A stretch of DNA of 30,525 nt, from the IMG/VR virus record IMGVR_UViG_3300033475_000115, positions 1 through 30,525 of that record. One strand, given 5' to 3'. This document shows, one piece after another, positions 17,658 to 26,469 of this stretch (the stretch's first letter is position 1; each line of letters opens with the position of its first letter). The notes under the pieces are model-generated. The model saw nothing but the letters and a program-made list of their open reading frames with translations. It was not told the origin of the DNA and ran no database searches. Source of the stretch: a virus (lineage: Duplodnaviria; Caudoviricetes). The translations under genes and the position numbers were made by a program.

Positions 17658-18108
17658 TGTTGACCTCGGCCTGGCGACCCAGCTCATCGAGATCGGCCTC
17701 GATCTCGGTCATGTTCACATGCCAGCGAGCAGGCACGGAGACATGATTACGCAGCTGCTCCAGCACCCACGCTTGGCGGACAATATTAGAACCAGCAGCA
17801 ATCAAGAGAAGCCGCATGTGCTCATCGATATCACGCTTGATGTTTTTACCAAGTAAACCAGCGGGTTTAGGTGAACTTCCGTAAGGCGCCGAATCTTCGG
17901 CAACGAGGGGTATCCCTTTGAGTGACGTTTCTTTTGTGCGCTCGATCTCAATGAGACGTGCGTCTATTTCATCGGAAATCGGGTAGTGGCCATTCTCTAC
18001 GCGATTCACGTAAGGACGTGCATAGCCTAATAGTTTGGCAAATTCAGATTGATCGAGGCCGAGTCTGCGCCTGAGCAGCATCATGGATTCTGCGGTGTGC
18101 TTAGGCAT
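17599..18108 (-). CDS. XRE-family HTH prophage repressor
   Basis: LRRRLGLDQSEFAKLLGYARPYVNRVENG; VAED..PY linker; divergent from the early operon; no S24 peptidase domain visible. Confidence 0.85.
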   Translation of the reverse strand: MPKHTAESMMLLRRRLGLDQSEFAKLLGYARPYVNRVENGHYPISDEIDARLIEIERTKETSLKGIPLVAEDSAPYGSSPKPAGLLGKNIKRDIDEHMRLLLIAAGSNIVRQAWVLEQLRNHVSVPARWHVNMTEIEADLDELGRQAEVNIKALKNPQSQGGAAAAQAS

Positions 18109-18187
18109 ATAACTTTTTTTCTAAAAACATAACATTTGTGCTTGAACAAGTGTGACGTAACACATGTGATGCCGTCACAAAGCCACC
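18109..18187. promoter_or_regulatory. Divergent lysis/lysogeny control region with candidate early promoter and operators
   Basis: AT-rich. TTGAAC(18142)-17 bp-TGTGAT(18165). Palindromes TGTG-N6-CACA (18151-18164) and TGTGA-N5-TCACA (18165-18179). Confidence 0.65.
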
Positions 18188-18364
18188 ATGACCCCTCGAA
18201 AGCAAGCCCCGATTACCCTCAAGAAGAGGATGCTCGATAAAAAAGTAAACGTAACGGATCTAGCCCGCCGTGTAGGCCATGCGCGCACCACCGTCAGCCG
18301 AGCAATCAATCACGGCGCCAATGCCGGTGTCCTTAAAAAAGTGAAGGAGGTTCTCGATGTCTGA
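18188..18364 (+). CDS. Ner/Cro-like HTH protein (58 aa, absent from ORF track)
   Basis: MTPRKQAPITLKKRMLDKKVNVTDLARRVGHARTTVSRAINHG...; first gene of the early operon. Confidence 0.8.
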   Translation: MTPRKQAPITLKKRMLDKKVNVTDLARRVGHARTTVSRAINHGANAGVLKKVKEVLDV

Positions 18365-18575
18365 CCCCGCACTCATCGCTGCTCTGGAAGTAGCGTATCG
18401 GCACTACGGTGACACGACCACAACCGAAATCGAGCGCGATGCGATTTTGGCCGCCATGTCGGCCCACATGAATCCCCGTGAGGCTCAGATCGCCGCGGCC
18501 TCTCTTCACCACCGCTTGGAATCAAGAATTCACCAGCTCCAACTCACCGACCTACTCACTCGCGCCGCTTCATGA
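18357..18575 (+). CDS. Hypothetical early protein
   Basis: Overlaps both neighbours in operon fashion. Confidence 0.6.
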   Translation: MSDPALIAALEVAYRHYGDTTTTEIERDAILAAMSAHMNPREAQIAAASLHHRLESRIHQLQLTDLLTRAAS

Positions 18576-18979
18576 GCACGCCCAAGAAACATGTCTCCAA
18601 AGCCGAGATGGAAGCCTGGCAGGCCTCCTTGGGTTTCGTGTTTCCCCGCAAGCCGATGCTCCGGCCCGACGAGGTGGCGACCCCGTTTGGCGTGGATCTG
18701 CGCACGGTCGCCCGTTTCTTCGATGTCGAGCAGACCCGCGAGGGCGAGATACGCCCGTGGCTCATGGGGCTGGAGCTCAATGCCGGCCGCAAGGGCGAGC
18801 GCCTCTCGCGCCGCATCCCCCGCGACAACGCGATCCTGCTGTGGGCCCACTCCGCCAACTACACGCCGGCCGATGTGCTCAACCTGCTCTTCGACGTGCT
18901 CGACAAGCGCACCGACACCGAGCTGCTCGCGATCACCCAGCGCGCCAACGAGCTGATCCGCCGCCGCGCCACCGGCTGA
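18572..18979 (+). CDS. HTH (excisionase-like) DNA-binding protein
   Basis: MLRPDEVATPFGVDLRTVARF ... RRIPR pattern. Confidence 0.6.
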   Translation: MSTPKKHVSKAEMEAWQASLGFVFPRKPMLRPDEVATPFGVDLRTVARFFDVEQTREGEIRPWLMGLELNAGRKGERLSRRIPRDNAILLWAHSANYTPADVLNLLFDVLDKRTDTELLAITQRANELIRRRATG

Positions 18980-19009
18980 AATTTTCACGACCGACCAACA
19001 CACACGACC

Positions 19010-19426
19010 ATGAAAGACAAATCCTGCACCGTTCTCGACCGCGCCGAGTTCGCGCGGCGTATCCGCAAGCACAAGAACCTCTACATCGCGATCCGTGATT
19101 ATGACGGCCGCTCCATCACCGGGTTTTTCATCCCCGCCAATCTCGCCGTGACCCAACTGCTCGCCGGGAGCTTCGACGAGCTCACCTGGAGCGATGATGA
19201 AGCCGGCCCGGATGTGGCCGGCGATCGCGCCCCTGCCCACATCGTTCTCTCCCGCCAGATCGAGATGCTCACGGGAAAGCTCTCATCCTACGAACATAGC
19301 GCGGCGAACGCCTCCACGGAAGCGAACCGTGAATGGAGCCGCAGCCAGGCAGAGAAATACCGCCGCGAGATCAACCTCGCCCGCACCAAGCTCGCTGCCC
19401 ACCGCGCCCAACCCGTCGCCGCCTGA
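19010..19426 (+). CDS. Hypothetical early protein
   Basis: cacacacgaccATG leader; GC3-biased codons. Confidence 0.65.
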   Translation: MKDKSCTVLDRAEFARRIRKHKNLYIAIRDYDGRSITGFFIPANLAVTQLLAGSFDELTWSDDEAGPDVAGDRAPAHIVLSRQIEMLTGKLSSYEHSAANASTEANREWSRSQAEKYRREINLARTKLAAHRAQPVAA

Positions 19427-19429
19427 GCC

Positions 19430-19678
19430 ATGTTTCCCGACACTCCAACGCAAGAGTCCGGCTGCCTCGTGAGGCGGCTGCGCGATCCCCACGCGAAGCC
19501 GGGCGATCTGCCCGTGTGGTGGTGCTCGCTTTGGTATGGGCACGGGGTGCTCGCCATCTACTCCCGCGCTTTGGCCGCCGCCGAGGAGCCCACGATCAAC
19601 GACATCATGCGAGCCCACCAAGCGGCTCCCGACACCTTTGAAAAGCAATATCCCTACGTCTCCAGCACCAACCTTTAA
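19430..19678 (+). CDS. Hypothetical early protein
   Basis: Tightly packed in the operon. Confidence 0.55.
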   Translation: MFPDTPTQESGCLVRRLRDPHAKPGDLPVWWCSLWYGHGVLAIYSRALAAAEEPTINDIMRAHQAAPDTFEKQYPYVSSTNL

Positions 19679-19680
19679 CC

Positions 19681-20436
19681 ATGCCTAAAGCCTCTCTCCA
19701 AGTCATGCCCTCCAGCCCTTTTGCGGGGCTTCAAATCTCGGCCACCCCCTTCGGCGTGGGGGATAAAAAGGTGGGCGAAAAACTCACCGCGCTCTACCGC
19801 GATGCGCAGGACGCCGAGCTGGCGATCCTCCGCTTTGGCGCGGCCTTCTGGGCGGTCGAGCAGGTAGTTCTGGCCACATGTGGCCAGAACTCCGGTCCCG
19901 GTGCCTACGGCTTCGCTACATGGCTTGCCGACCACGCGCCCGAGATCAGCCGCACCACTGCCCGCCGCTACCGCGACATCGCGGAGGCGACGGCGGAGCG
20001 GTTCAAGATCGCCGACCCGGTGCGGGTGTTTTCCCTGCCGGTGGACCAGCTCGACAAGCAGGACCAGGCGAAGCGGGCCAAGGTGTGCGAGTTCATGGCC
20101 GAAAAATCCATGCGCGGCATCCAGCTGGAGCTGGGCCTCGTCTCCCGCATGGGTGCCGCCGCCAAGGGGGGCGACCTGGGCGGGCGCCGCAAGGCCGCCG
20201 CCGACATGAGCCCCGCCGAGATCGCCCAGGCGCAGGAGGCCACGCGCGCGGCCAACGAGAAGGAGTGGACCGGCTGGCTCGACATGCTCGAAGCCACCGG
20301 TCTGCGGATGCCGCAGTGGAGCTGCCTGCCGCTGCACAAGCTGGAGCGCATGTCGTCGCTCCTGCTCGACGTGCGCCGGCTCGTTGACCAGGCGGTCGCC
20401 ACGGAGCGCCGCGCAGTGAAGGGAGGCCGCGCATGA
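19681..20436 (+). CDS. DUF3102-like protein upstream of the transposase
   Basis: FATWLADHAPEISRTTARRY motif; ATGA overlap with the transposase. Confidence 0.55.
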   Translation: MPKASLQVMPSSPFAGLQISATPFGVGDKKVGEKLTALYRDAQDAELAILRFGAAFWAVEQVVLATCGQNSGPGAYGFATWLADHAPEISRTTARRYRDIAEATAERFKIADPVRVFSLPVDQLDKQDQAKRAKVCEFMAEKSMRGIQLELGLVSRMGAAAKGGDLGGRRKAAADMSPAEIAQAQEATRAANEKEWTGWLDMLEATGLRMPQWSCLPLHKLERMSSLLLDVRRLVDQAVATERRAVKGGRA

Positions 20437-22490
20437 GCCTGCTTCTCGAAAACAACCGCCGCCTGTTCTTCGTGCCCGCCGCCGATCGCGAGCTCTTCGA
20501 CACGCAGATCCCGAAGGCCGCCCGCGCCCGTTGCGAGCTGCTGCTGTGTTGCATGGAGCGCATCCATCTCGCCCGCAACCGCAAGGCCGAGTGCTCCGAA
20601 ATTGCGCGCCGTCTCACCCACCTGCGCGGCTGCTCGGCCCCGCACCTGAAACGGTTTTACCTGGCGTTCCGCGCCTCGGGCAACGACTGGCGCAAGCTCG
20701 TCGCCGCCTACCACCTGCCCGCCGAGGAGCACCAGCGCGGGAATCTCTCGCCGGAGTTCGTGCGCTACTGGCAGGCGCTCGCCGAGGAAAACCAGCGCGC
20801 GGCGCGGCCCGCGTATCGCGAGCTGCTGCGCCGCTGGCGCCGGGGCGACGAGATCGCCGGCGTGGGCACGTGGCAGCGGTGGTGGCAGGCCAAGTTCAAG
20901 GGCCGCCCGCTGCCCGCCGAGTGCCCCGAGGACCTGCCCACCGGGTGGTCGTATGAAAACCTGCTGGCCAACATGCCCGCGAAGGTGGAGACGACCATCG
21001 TGCGCGACGGCCTGTTTGCCGCGCATGCCGGGCTCTCGCAGATCCTGCGCGACCGCAACCAACTGCGCCCGCACGAGCTGCTCACGTTTGACGACGCGCA
21101 GCTCGACTTCCGCGTGATGGCCGATGGCGGGGTGCGCAAGCTGCGCGGCGTGTTCTGCCTCGACGTGGGCGACGCCTATCTGCTGAGCCACTACACCAAG
21201 CCCGCCCTGGCCAAGGAGGATGGCGGCGAGGAGGGCCTCATGCGCGCCGAGGTGCGGCAGATGCTTTTCTACATCCTGCGCGACTACGGCATCCCGCGCG
21301 ACTACCCGCTCAATCTCCTGGTCGAGAGCGGCGCGGCCTCCATTTCCAAGGAGGACGCCGCCTGGCTGCACGCGATGAGCGGCGGCCGGATCATCGTGCA
21401 CCGCACGAGCGTGACGGAGCGCACGGCGTTCCTCGGCGCGTATACCGAGCGTTACGGCCAGCCCTGGCACAAGGGCTGGATCGAGGCGTTCTTCAACCTG
21501 CTGCACAACGAGTGCGCGGGGATCGCAGGCCAGTTCGGCCGCAACCAGCTCGAAGGGAAGACGGGCGACTTCGAGAAGCGCAAGGAGGCCGCGCTCGCCC
21601 TCTACAAGGCCGCCGAGTGCCTGCCCGCCTTCTACCGCGACCAGCTCGCCACGCCGTTCCCCTCGCTGGGGCGGGCCAACGATTTTCTCATCGATGTGAT
21701 CAACCGCATCAACCATCGGCAGGACCACCGCCTGCAGGGCTTTGAGCGCGTGTCGCAGTGGCGGCTCACCGATGGCGACCGATGGCGCGACTGGGCCGAG
21801 CTGCGCGAACTGCCCGCCGCGGCGCATGACGCGGTGCAGACCCGCGAGGTAATGGAGTCGCCCGCTGCGCGTCACGCCCGCCGCTGGGCCGAGCTGGTGC
21901 GCGACCCGCTCTCCGAGCTGTCGCTCATCCCGCTGCTCAACGCCAAGCGCACCGTCACCCTGGCCAAGCCTTTCGAGGTGAAGCTCCAGATCGACGGCAA
22001 GGGCCACGTATTCAGAAAAATCGACAAGGCGCTGGCCAAGGAAGGGCTCACGTTCACCGCGCACTTCGACGAGGACCGCGCGGACTGCATCCATCTCTTC
22101 GACGAGGCGGGCCGCCATGTGGCGACGCTGCCCCGTGTGGACGGCTTCAATCCGCTCGACCGCGACGCCTACAAGACCGCGATCAAGGCCACCGCCGCCG
22201 GCAACCGCGTGCTGCTGGACAACATCCAGCAACGCACCGCCGGGCGCGCCGGCGAGCGCCTCGTCGCCGAGGAGCGCAACCGCGAGGTGCTGGAGACGGC
22301 CGCCGCCGACATCGAGGCGGGCCGGATGCAGCTCAACGCCGCCGAACGCGCCTCGCTCTCCATGCAGGCCGGCGCGGCCGAGGTGCGCACCACCCGCGCC
22401 GCGTCCAAGACCCGCTCCTCCAAGAAGCAGGCGGCGATGACCAGCAAGTTGGCCGCCCTCGCCCAAAGCGCCCGCGACAACGGCGCTTAA
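20433..22490 (+). CDS. Mu A-like DDE transposase
   Basis: 685 aa; LLTFDD (first acidic residue), LLVESG (second), KGWIEAFFN (third); followed by an ATPase gene. Confidence 0.82.
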   Translation: MSLLLENNRRLFFVPAADRELFDTQIPKAARARCELLLCCMERIHLARNRKAECSEIARRLTHLRGCSAPHLKRFYLAFRASGNDWRKLVAAYHLPAEEHQRGNLSPEFVRYWQALAEENQRAARPAYRELLRRWRRGDEIAGVGTWQRWWQAKFKGRPLPAECPEDLPTGWSYENLLANMPAKVETTIVRDGLFAAHAGLSQILRDRNQLRPHELLTFDDAQLDFRVMADGGVRKLRGVFCLDVGDAYLLSHYTKPALAKEDGGEEGLMRAEVRQMLFYILRDYGIPRDYPLNLLVESGAASISKEDAAWLHAMSGGRIIVHRTSVTERTAFLGAYTERYGQPWHKGWIEAFFNLLHNECAGIAGQFGRNQLEGKTGDFEKRKEAALALYKAAECLPAFYRDQLATPFPSLGRANDFLIDVINRINHRQDHRLQGFERVSQWRLTDGDRWRDWAELRELPAAAHDAVQTREVMESPAARHARRWAELVRDPLSELSLIPLLNAKRTVTLAKPFEVKLQIDGKGHVFRKIDKALAKEGLTFTAHFDEDRADCIHLFDEAGRHVATLPRVDGFNPLDRDAYKTAIKATAAGNRVLLDNIQQRTAGRAGERLVAEERNREVLETAAADIEAGRMQLNAAERASLSMQAGAAEVRTTRAASKTRSSKKQAAMTSKLAALAQSARDNGA

Positions 22491-22535
22491 GATCCTCTCC
22501 AGACCCTTTTCAGGAACCCAAACACACACACGACC

Positions 22536-23633
22536 ATGGCCACCATCATACCGACCGAATCCCAACTGCGCGACTGGATCACCAGCGGCTGCGAAAACCC
22601 GAAAAAGAACATCTACCCCATCGAGGCGATCGACGCCACGATGGCGATCCACAGCTATCTCTACCGCCGGTGCGAGGGAAACATCAACGTGCTCGTCGAG
22701 CACGCCCGCCTGAAGGGCTTCAACTACGACTACGGCTTTTTCTACCAGCTGCTCACGGCGCGGTATTTCCGGCCCGACTCGAAGACGGGCAAGCCGCAGG
22801 GCTCGTGGAAGAATGTGGTCGAGCTGTGGAAGCAGCTCCAGATCTTCGATATTTTCGCCAAGGCGCTCTCCAAAATCCGCTTCGTCGATACGAGCGTCTA
22901 CGAGCGCATAAACGACTATGTGCAGTTGAAAAGCACGCCGTTCAACGCCTGCCGCTTCGGCGCGGTCGTGGGCCACACCGGCATGATGAAGACGGAGAGT
23001 TTTCTTGAGATCGGCCGGCGCGGAAAGGCGGGGGCGATCTTCCGCATCGAGTCGCCCGCCCAGCCGAAGCTGAACCAGTTTATCCACAAGCTGGCCCACG
23101 CCCTCGGCGCGCAGAAGACGTGGACGATCGCGCGCAAGATGGCGCACATCGTGGAGAACGTCGCCGACCGCGTGCTCATCATCGATAACGTGCAGCGGTG
23201 TTTTAATCTCCGCAGCGGCTCCAACCAGCCGATCTTCGACTATCTCCAGGAGTTGCAGGAAGACACCGGCTGCACGATCATCATCTGCTGGACGCCGGTG
23301 GACAAGGAGTTCGAGGGAGAGTTTACCGGCGGCGCCTACTTTGAACAGTTCGTGGGCCGCATCGGCGGCGAACGTGAAATCCTCCGCCTCGAAGACTACC
23401 CTCTGGAGGAGGACATCGAGAAGATCGCCCTGAGCTTCCACCTGCCTGAGGGCGACGTGGAAAAACTCATGCCGCGCCTGCGCCTGCTCGTGCGGGAGAA
23501 GGGCCGCATACGCGCGCTCTTCAACGCGCTCCAGCAGGGCGCCCGCCTCGCCACGGCCGACGAGAAGCCCTTCCGCGCCCACCACGTCCTGAGCTACCTC
23601 GCGAGCTACGATGAAATGAAAGCCGCCATCTAA
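22536..23633 (+). CDS. Mu B-like AAA+ transposition ATPase
   Basis: Walker A-like GHTGMMKT, Walker B-like VLIIDN, EQFVGRIG, GRIRAL. Confidence 0.82.
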   Translation: MATIIPTESQLRDWITSGCENPKKNIYPIEAIDATMAIHSYLYRRCEGNINVLVEHARLKGFNYDYGFFYQLLTARYFRPDSKTGKPQGSWKNVVELWKQLQIFDIFAKALSKIRFVDTSVYERINDYVQLKSTPFNACRFGAVVGHTGMMKTESFLEIGRRGKAGAIFRIESPAQPKLNQFIHKLAHALGAQKTWTIARKMAHIVENVADRVLIIDNVQRCFNLRSGSNQPIFDYLQELQEDTGCTIIICWTPVDKEFEGEFTGGAYFEQFVGRIGGEREILRLEDYPLEEDIEKIALSFHLPEGDVEKLMPRLRLLVREKGRIRALFNALQQGARLATADEKPFRAHHVLSYLASYDEMKAAI

Positions 23634-23641
23634 TCACGACC

Positions 23642-23905
23642 ATGGCCACCAAAACCCAATACGACTGCCAGACGCGCCCCAATGGTCGGGGAGGGTGGGA
23701 GATCGCCGAGATCGACGCGCCCGCCGGCATGGGCATCGGCAACTACTCCACGGAGGCCGATGCGTTCGCAATGGCCGCCTACAACTTCGATCGCAAACGC
23801 ATCAAACGCGGCGACGAGCCGGCGGCCGCACCCAAGCCCGTGATCGCAAAACAACCCTCCCTTGGCAGCCGCCTGGTGCGCCGCGTCAAGGCCCTCACGA
23901 AATGA
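23642..23905 (+). CDS. Hypothetical early protein
   Basis: cacgaccATG leader; operon packing. Confidence 0.6.
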   Translation: MATKTQYDCQTRPNGRGGWEIAEIDAPAGMGIGNYSTEADAFAMAAYNFDRKRIKRGDEPAAAPKPVIAKQPSLGSRLVRRVKALTK

Positions 23906-24153
23906 ATACCAGCACGCTCACTGCGTTGATCACCCACCACGAGAAGCAGGCGCGCTATTACCGCAATCTCGCCGCCGCTGATCGCGAATGCCGCCGGCAC
24001 GATGCCGCCGAGGCACGCGACGAACTCGCAGTCACGCACGAGCACTGGGTTTCCTAGCTGCGCACCCTGGGCGCGGCCTTCGCCCAGCTTGTCGAGGTGC
24101 GCAAGCGCCCGCTCTTCGCACGCCCCCTCAACCTCGCCCACGCCAGCGGCTGA
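23902..24153 (+). pseudogene. Small ORF interrupted by an in-frame TAG at 24055-24057
   Basis: The frame continues with normal codon bias for 31 codons to TGA 24153. Confidence 0.5.
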
Positions 24154-24190
24154 TCCTGCGTCAGCCTACTCGCTACTCACACCTTCTCCC

Positions 24191-24469
24191 ATGAGATACA
24201 TCGTCGCCCGCAACCTGTCCGGCATTGAGCATCCGTTTCTCGCGGTGGCTCCGATCACACACAAGCAGCTCAAAGCCCAGGCCGAAACCGAAGGCTTTAA
24301 AGAGATCTTAAGCGCGGGCTTCGTCCACTTCGGCCCCGCGCTCGGCGTGACAACACATTATCGGAGCGAGGGATTGGGTCTCAAGCCCCGCGCCGAGGAT
24401 GCGCGCCTGATCGAAATTTTCTACAAGGCGACCCTCAACCTAATCCCTGAATTTCAACCGAAAGCATAA
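24191..24469 (+). CDS. Phage hypothetical protein
   Basis: MRYIV...ILSAGFV...SEGLGLKPRAED pattern. Confidence 0.65.
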   Translation: MRYIVARNLSGIEHPFLAVAPITHKQLKAQAETEGFKEILSAGFVHFGPALGVTTHYRSEGLGLKPRAEDARLIEIFYKATLNLIPEFQPKA

Positions 24470-24481
24470 CCACCCACGATC

Positions 24482-24748
24482 ATGCCACGCACTTACATCA
24501 CACCCGAGCAGATCGCCACCGCCCGTGCCCGCGTGCTCAAGGGTGATAGCCAGTCGGCCATCGCCCGCGATCTCGGTGTCTCGCGTGACGCGATGGGTTA
24601 CCACCTGCGCGGCGGCAAGGCTTACTACAGTGGGAAGCGGCCGTGGGGAACATCCCTCCGTGCCGCCAAGCTCGCTCTGGCCGCCGGCAATCATGCCGAG
24701 GCTGCATATCACTTCACGGCCACCGCCAAAATTCTGATCAATCTTTAA
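24482..24748 (+). CDS. HTH DNA-binding protein
   Basis: GDSQSAIARDLGVSRDAMGYHL. Confidence 0.75.
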   Translation: MPRTYITPEQIATARARVLKGDSQSAIARDLGVSRDAMGYHLRGGKAYYSGKRPWGTSLRAAKLALAAGNHAEAAYHFTATAKILINL

Positions 24749-24761
24749 CCCACCCACGACC

Positions 24762-25091
24762 ATGCCCGCGAAACCAAAAAACAACACCATGCAGCTGCGC
24801 TCGCAGCTCTCCCGCGTTCTGGAGGCCATCTCCAGAATCGAATACCCCAGCGATATCGAGCGCGATTTCCGTCTCGGGGTGCTTAAGCGTATTCCGCTGG
24901 CCGCCGATCTGCCCGTCGTCTCCGACGAGGATCAGCAGACGCGCGCCTATGACATCCGCGACCTCACCTCGGCCTGCGCCATCGCCCACCCGACGCCCGA
25001 GGAGCGTGCCGCGCGCGCCATGATCATCGGCAAGCTCTCGGCGAGTTTCAAGTTGGCCGAACTCCGCAAAACCACCCTCGCAGCCCGATGA
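24762..25091 (+). CDS. Hypothetical early protein
   Basis: cccacgaccATG leader; ATGA overlap downstream. Confidence 0.6.
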   Translation: MPAKPKNNTMQLRSQLSRVLEAISRIEYPSDIERDFRLGVLKRIPLAADLPVVSDEDQQTRAYDIRDLTSACAIAHPTPEERAARAMIIGKLSASFKLAELRKTTLAAR

Positions 25092-25360
25092 GCATCACCG
25101 GAGCCAGACTAGTCATTCACCTTGCCGCGCTCGATGCCGCCGGTCTCGTCGCCGAATTGGAGACCGTCGCGCGCCAAATGAAGGCGCATGAATTGGTGGT
25201 CGAGATCACGCACAAGGGTTGTTTCCGCATCGTTAAGGAAGGCAACACCGCCCAGGGCATCTTCGCCAACCGGCATGCGATGATCGGCCTCCTGGTCTGC
25301 CTCGCCGCCGTGGATCCCGCCGCCGGCCCCAACGCCTTCTGGAAGGAAGTGCTCTCCTGA
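25088..25360 (+). CDS. Hypothetical early protein
   Basis: Operon packing. Confidence 0.55.
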   Translation: MSITGARLVIHLAALDAAGLVAELETVARQMKAHELVVEITHKGCFRIVKEGNTAQGIFANRHAMIGLLVCLAAVDPAAGPNAFWKEVLS

Positions 25361-25362
25361 AA

Positions 25363-25653
25363 ATGAGCGCCGCCCGCCAAAAACACCTCGGCCCGCTGGA
25401 TTTCAGCGGAGGCCCCAACGCCCCGAAGCCCGGCTCCGGCATGAAGGCGCTGGAGGCGGCGGCGATCTCCAAGCCGGCCGGATCGTTTTACTATCCGCTG
25501 TTTGAACACATGAGCCGTGAACATGGCCTGATTTTAACCGACTCCGAACTCGCCGAAATCGTGCGCGTGTCGGAAGCGTTAAGCCGGAACGACGCAGGTG
25601 GGCCATGCGGCCCGCAGGCCGCGCCCGTTGGCACCCCTCGCGAACACCCCTGA
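25363..25653 (+). CDS. Hypothetical protein whose 3' end runs into the distal attC
   Basis: In-frame AAC at 25588; stop lies inside the attC loop. Confidence 0.6.
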   Translation: MSAARQKHLGPLDFSGGPNAPKPGSGMKALEAAAISKPAGSFYYPLFEHMSREHGLILTDSELAEIVRVSEALSRNDAGGPCGPQAAPVGTPREHP

Positions 25654-25688
25654 GCAGCATACGCATTGGCACTAGCGCATGGTTCTCC
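25584..25688 (-). repeat. attC site of cassette 5 (distal), 105 bp
   Basis: Minus strand: ggagAAC-catgc-gct(a)gtgc-ca(a)tgcg ... cgcatg-gcccacc-tgcgtc-GTTccgg. Confidence 0.7.
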
Positions 25689-25699
25689 TCCGTAAATTT

Positions 25700-25894
25700 A
25701 TGTCCTCGAAAACTATCAAACTCACCGAAGTCCGAAGAGAGAAAATCGACTTCCGCAAGATCGCCGAAGAATCCGGCGCACGTCTCGGGAACCTGTGCCA
25801 CTCGCCCGCTTTCGGCTGGGGCGTCCGCACGCAGGACGGATACCCGGCTGACTTCTGCTCGATCACGCCTCCGCCGTTCCAACAAATAAGATGA
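25700..25894 (+). CDS. Cassette 5 ORF, hypothetical (alternative start 25679)
   Basis: MSSKTIKLTEVRREKIDF...; stop overlaps the methylase ATG. Confidence 0.55.
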   Translation: MSSKTIKLTEVRREKIDFRKIAEESGARLGNLCHSPAFGWGVRTQDGYPADFCSITPPPFQQIR

Positions 25895-26000
25895 CCAACG
25901 ACCCTGAGATGACGGCCACGTCGGAGCCCGTCGCGCTCGAATGCCCTGCACCGATCGCGGCAGGACAGACAGGGTCGTTGGGTCTGGCGCCTGGTTCAGC
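25877..26000 (-). repeat. attC site of cassette 4, 124 bp
   Basis: Minus strand: gctgAAC-caggc-gcc(a)gacc-(c)aacgaccctg ... cagggtcgtt-ggtcatc-ttattt-GTTggaa; 10-bp perfect inner stem. Confidence 0.85.
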
Positions 26001-26469
26001 GTCCGTTCACTTTTCGAGCGCCTCTGACGACTGGCCAACCCCTCAAGACTTCTTCGACAAGTGCAATGCGGAGTTCGGGCCGTTCGACCTCGACGTGGCC
26101 GCCGCGCCGGACAACGCCAAGTGCGCGAAATACTTCACGTCGTGGGATGACGGCCTCGCCCGTGAATGGTGCGGGCGCGTGTGGATGAACCCGCCGTATG
26201 GTCGCACAATCGGCGACTGGATGCGGAAAGCCTACGAATCCGCGCAAGCCGGCGCGCTCGTGGTGTGCCTCGTGCCAGCGCGGACAGACACGGCGTGGTG
26301 GCACGACTACGCGATCAAAGGACATATCCGATTCATTCGCGGGCGGCTAAAATTTGGGGGGCACGAAAACTCAGCGCCGTTCCCCTCGGCCCTCGTGGTC
26401 TTCTCTCCGCTGAACGCGGAGATCAGACACGCGAACCCGAATACCAATTCCGCCCCGAGCGGACAATGA
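25891..26469 (+). CDS. Cassette 4 ORF: phage DNA N6-adenine methyltransferase (phage Dam-like family)
   Basis: DDWPTPQDFF, FDLDVAA, DGLAREW, VWMNPPYG, LVPARTDTAWW, IRGRLKF, SAPFPS. Confidence 0.92.
   Translation: MTNDPEMTATSEPVALECPAPIAAGQTGSLGLAPGSASVHFSSASDDWPTPQDFFDKCNAEFGPFDLDVAAAPDNAKCAKYFTSWDDGLAREWCGRVWMNPPYGRTIGDWMRKAYESAQAGALVVCLVPARTDTAWWHDYAIKGHIRFIRGRLKFGGHENSAPFPSALVVFSPLNAEIRHANPNTNSAPSGQ

Noticed and set aside
18165-18179. CRP site
   Set aside because: TGTGA/TCACA spacing is 5 bp, not 6; more likely a phage operator.
19968-23585. 1205-aa minus-strand ORF
   Set aside because: Antisense shadow of the GC3-biased transposase and ATPase genes; no recognisable motifs.
25320-25490. 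Additional attC upstream of the array (two ggccccaacgcc copies, gctccggc, gatcgtttta)
   Set aside because: I could not build an L''/L' stem with correct spacing. A decayed site cannot be excluded.
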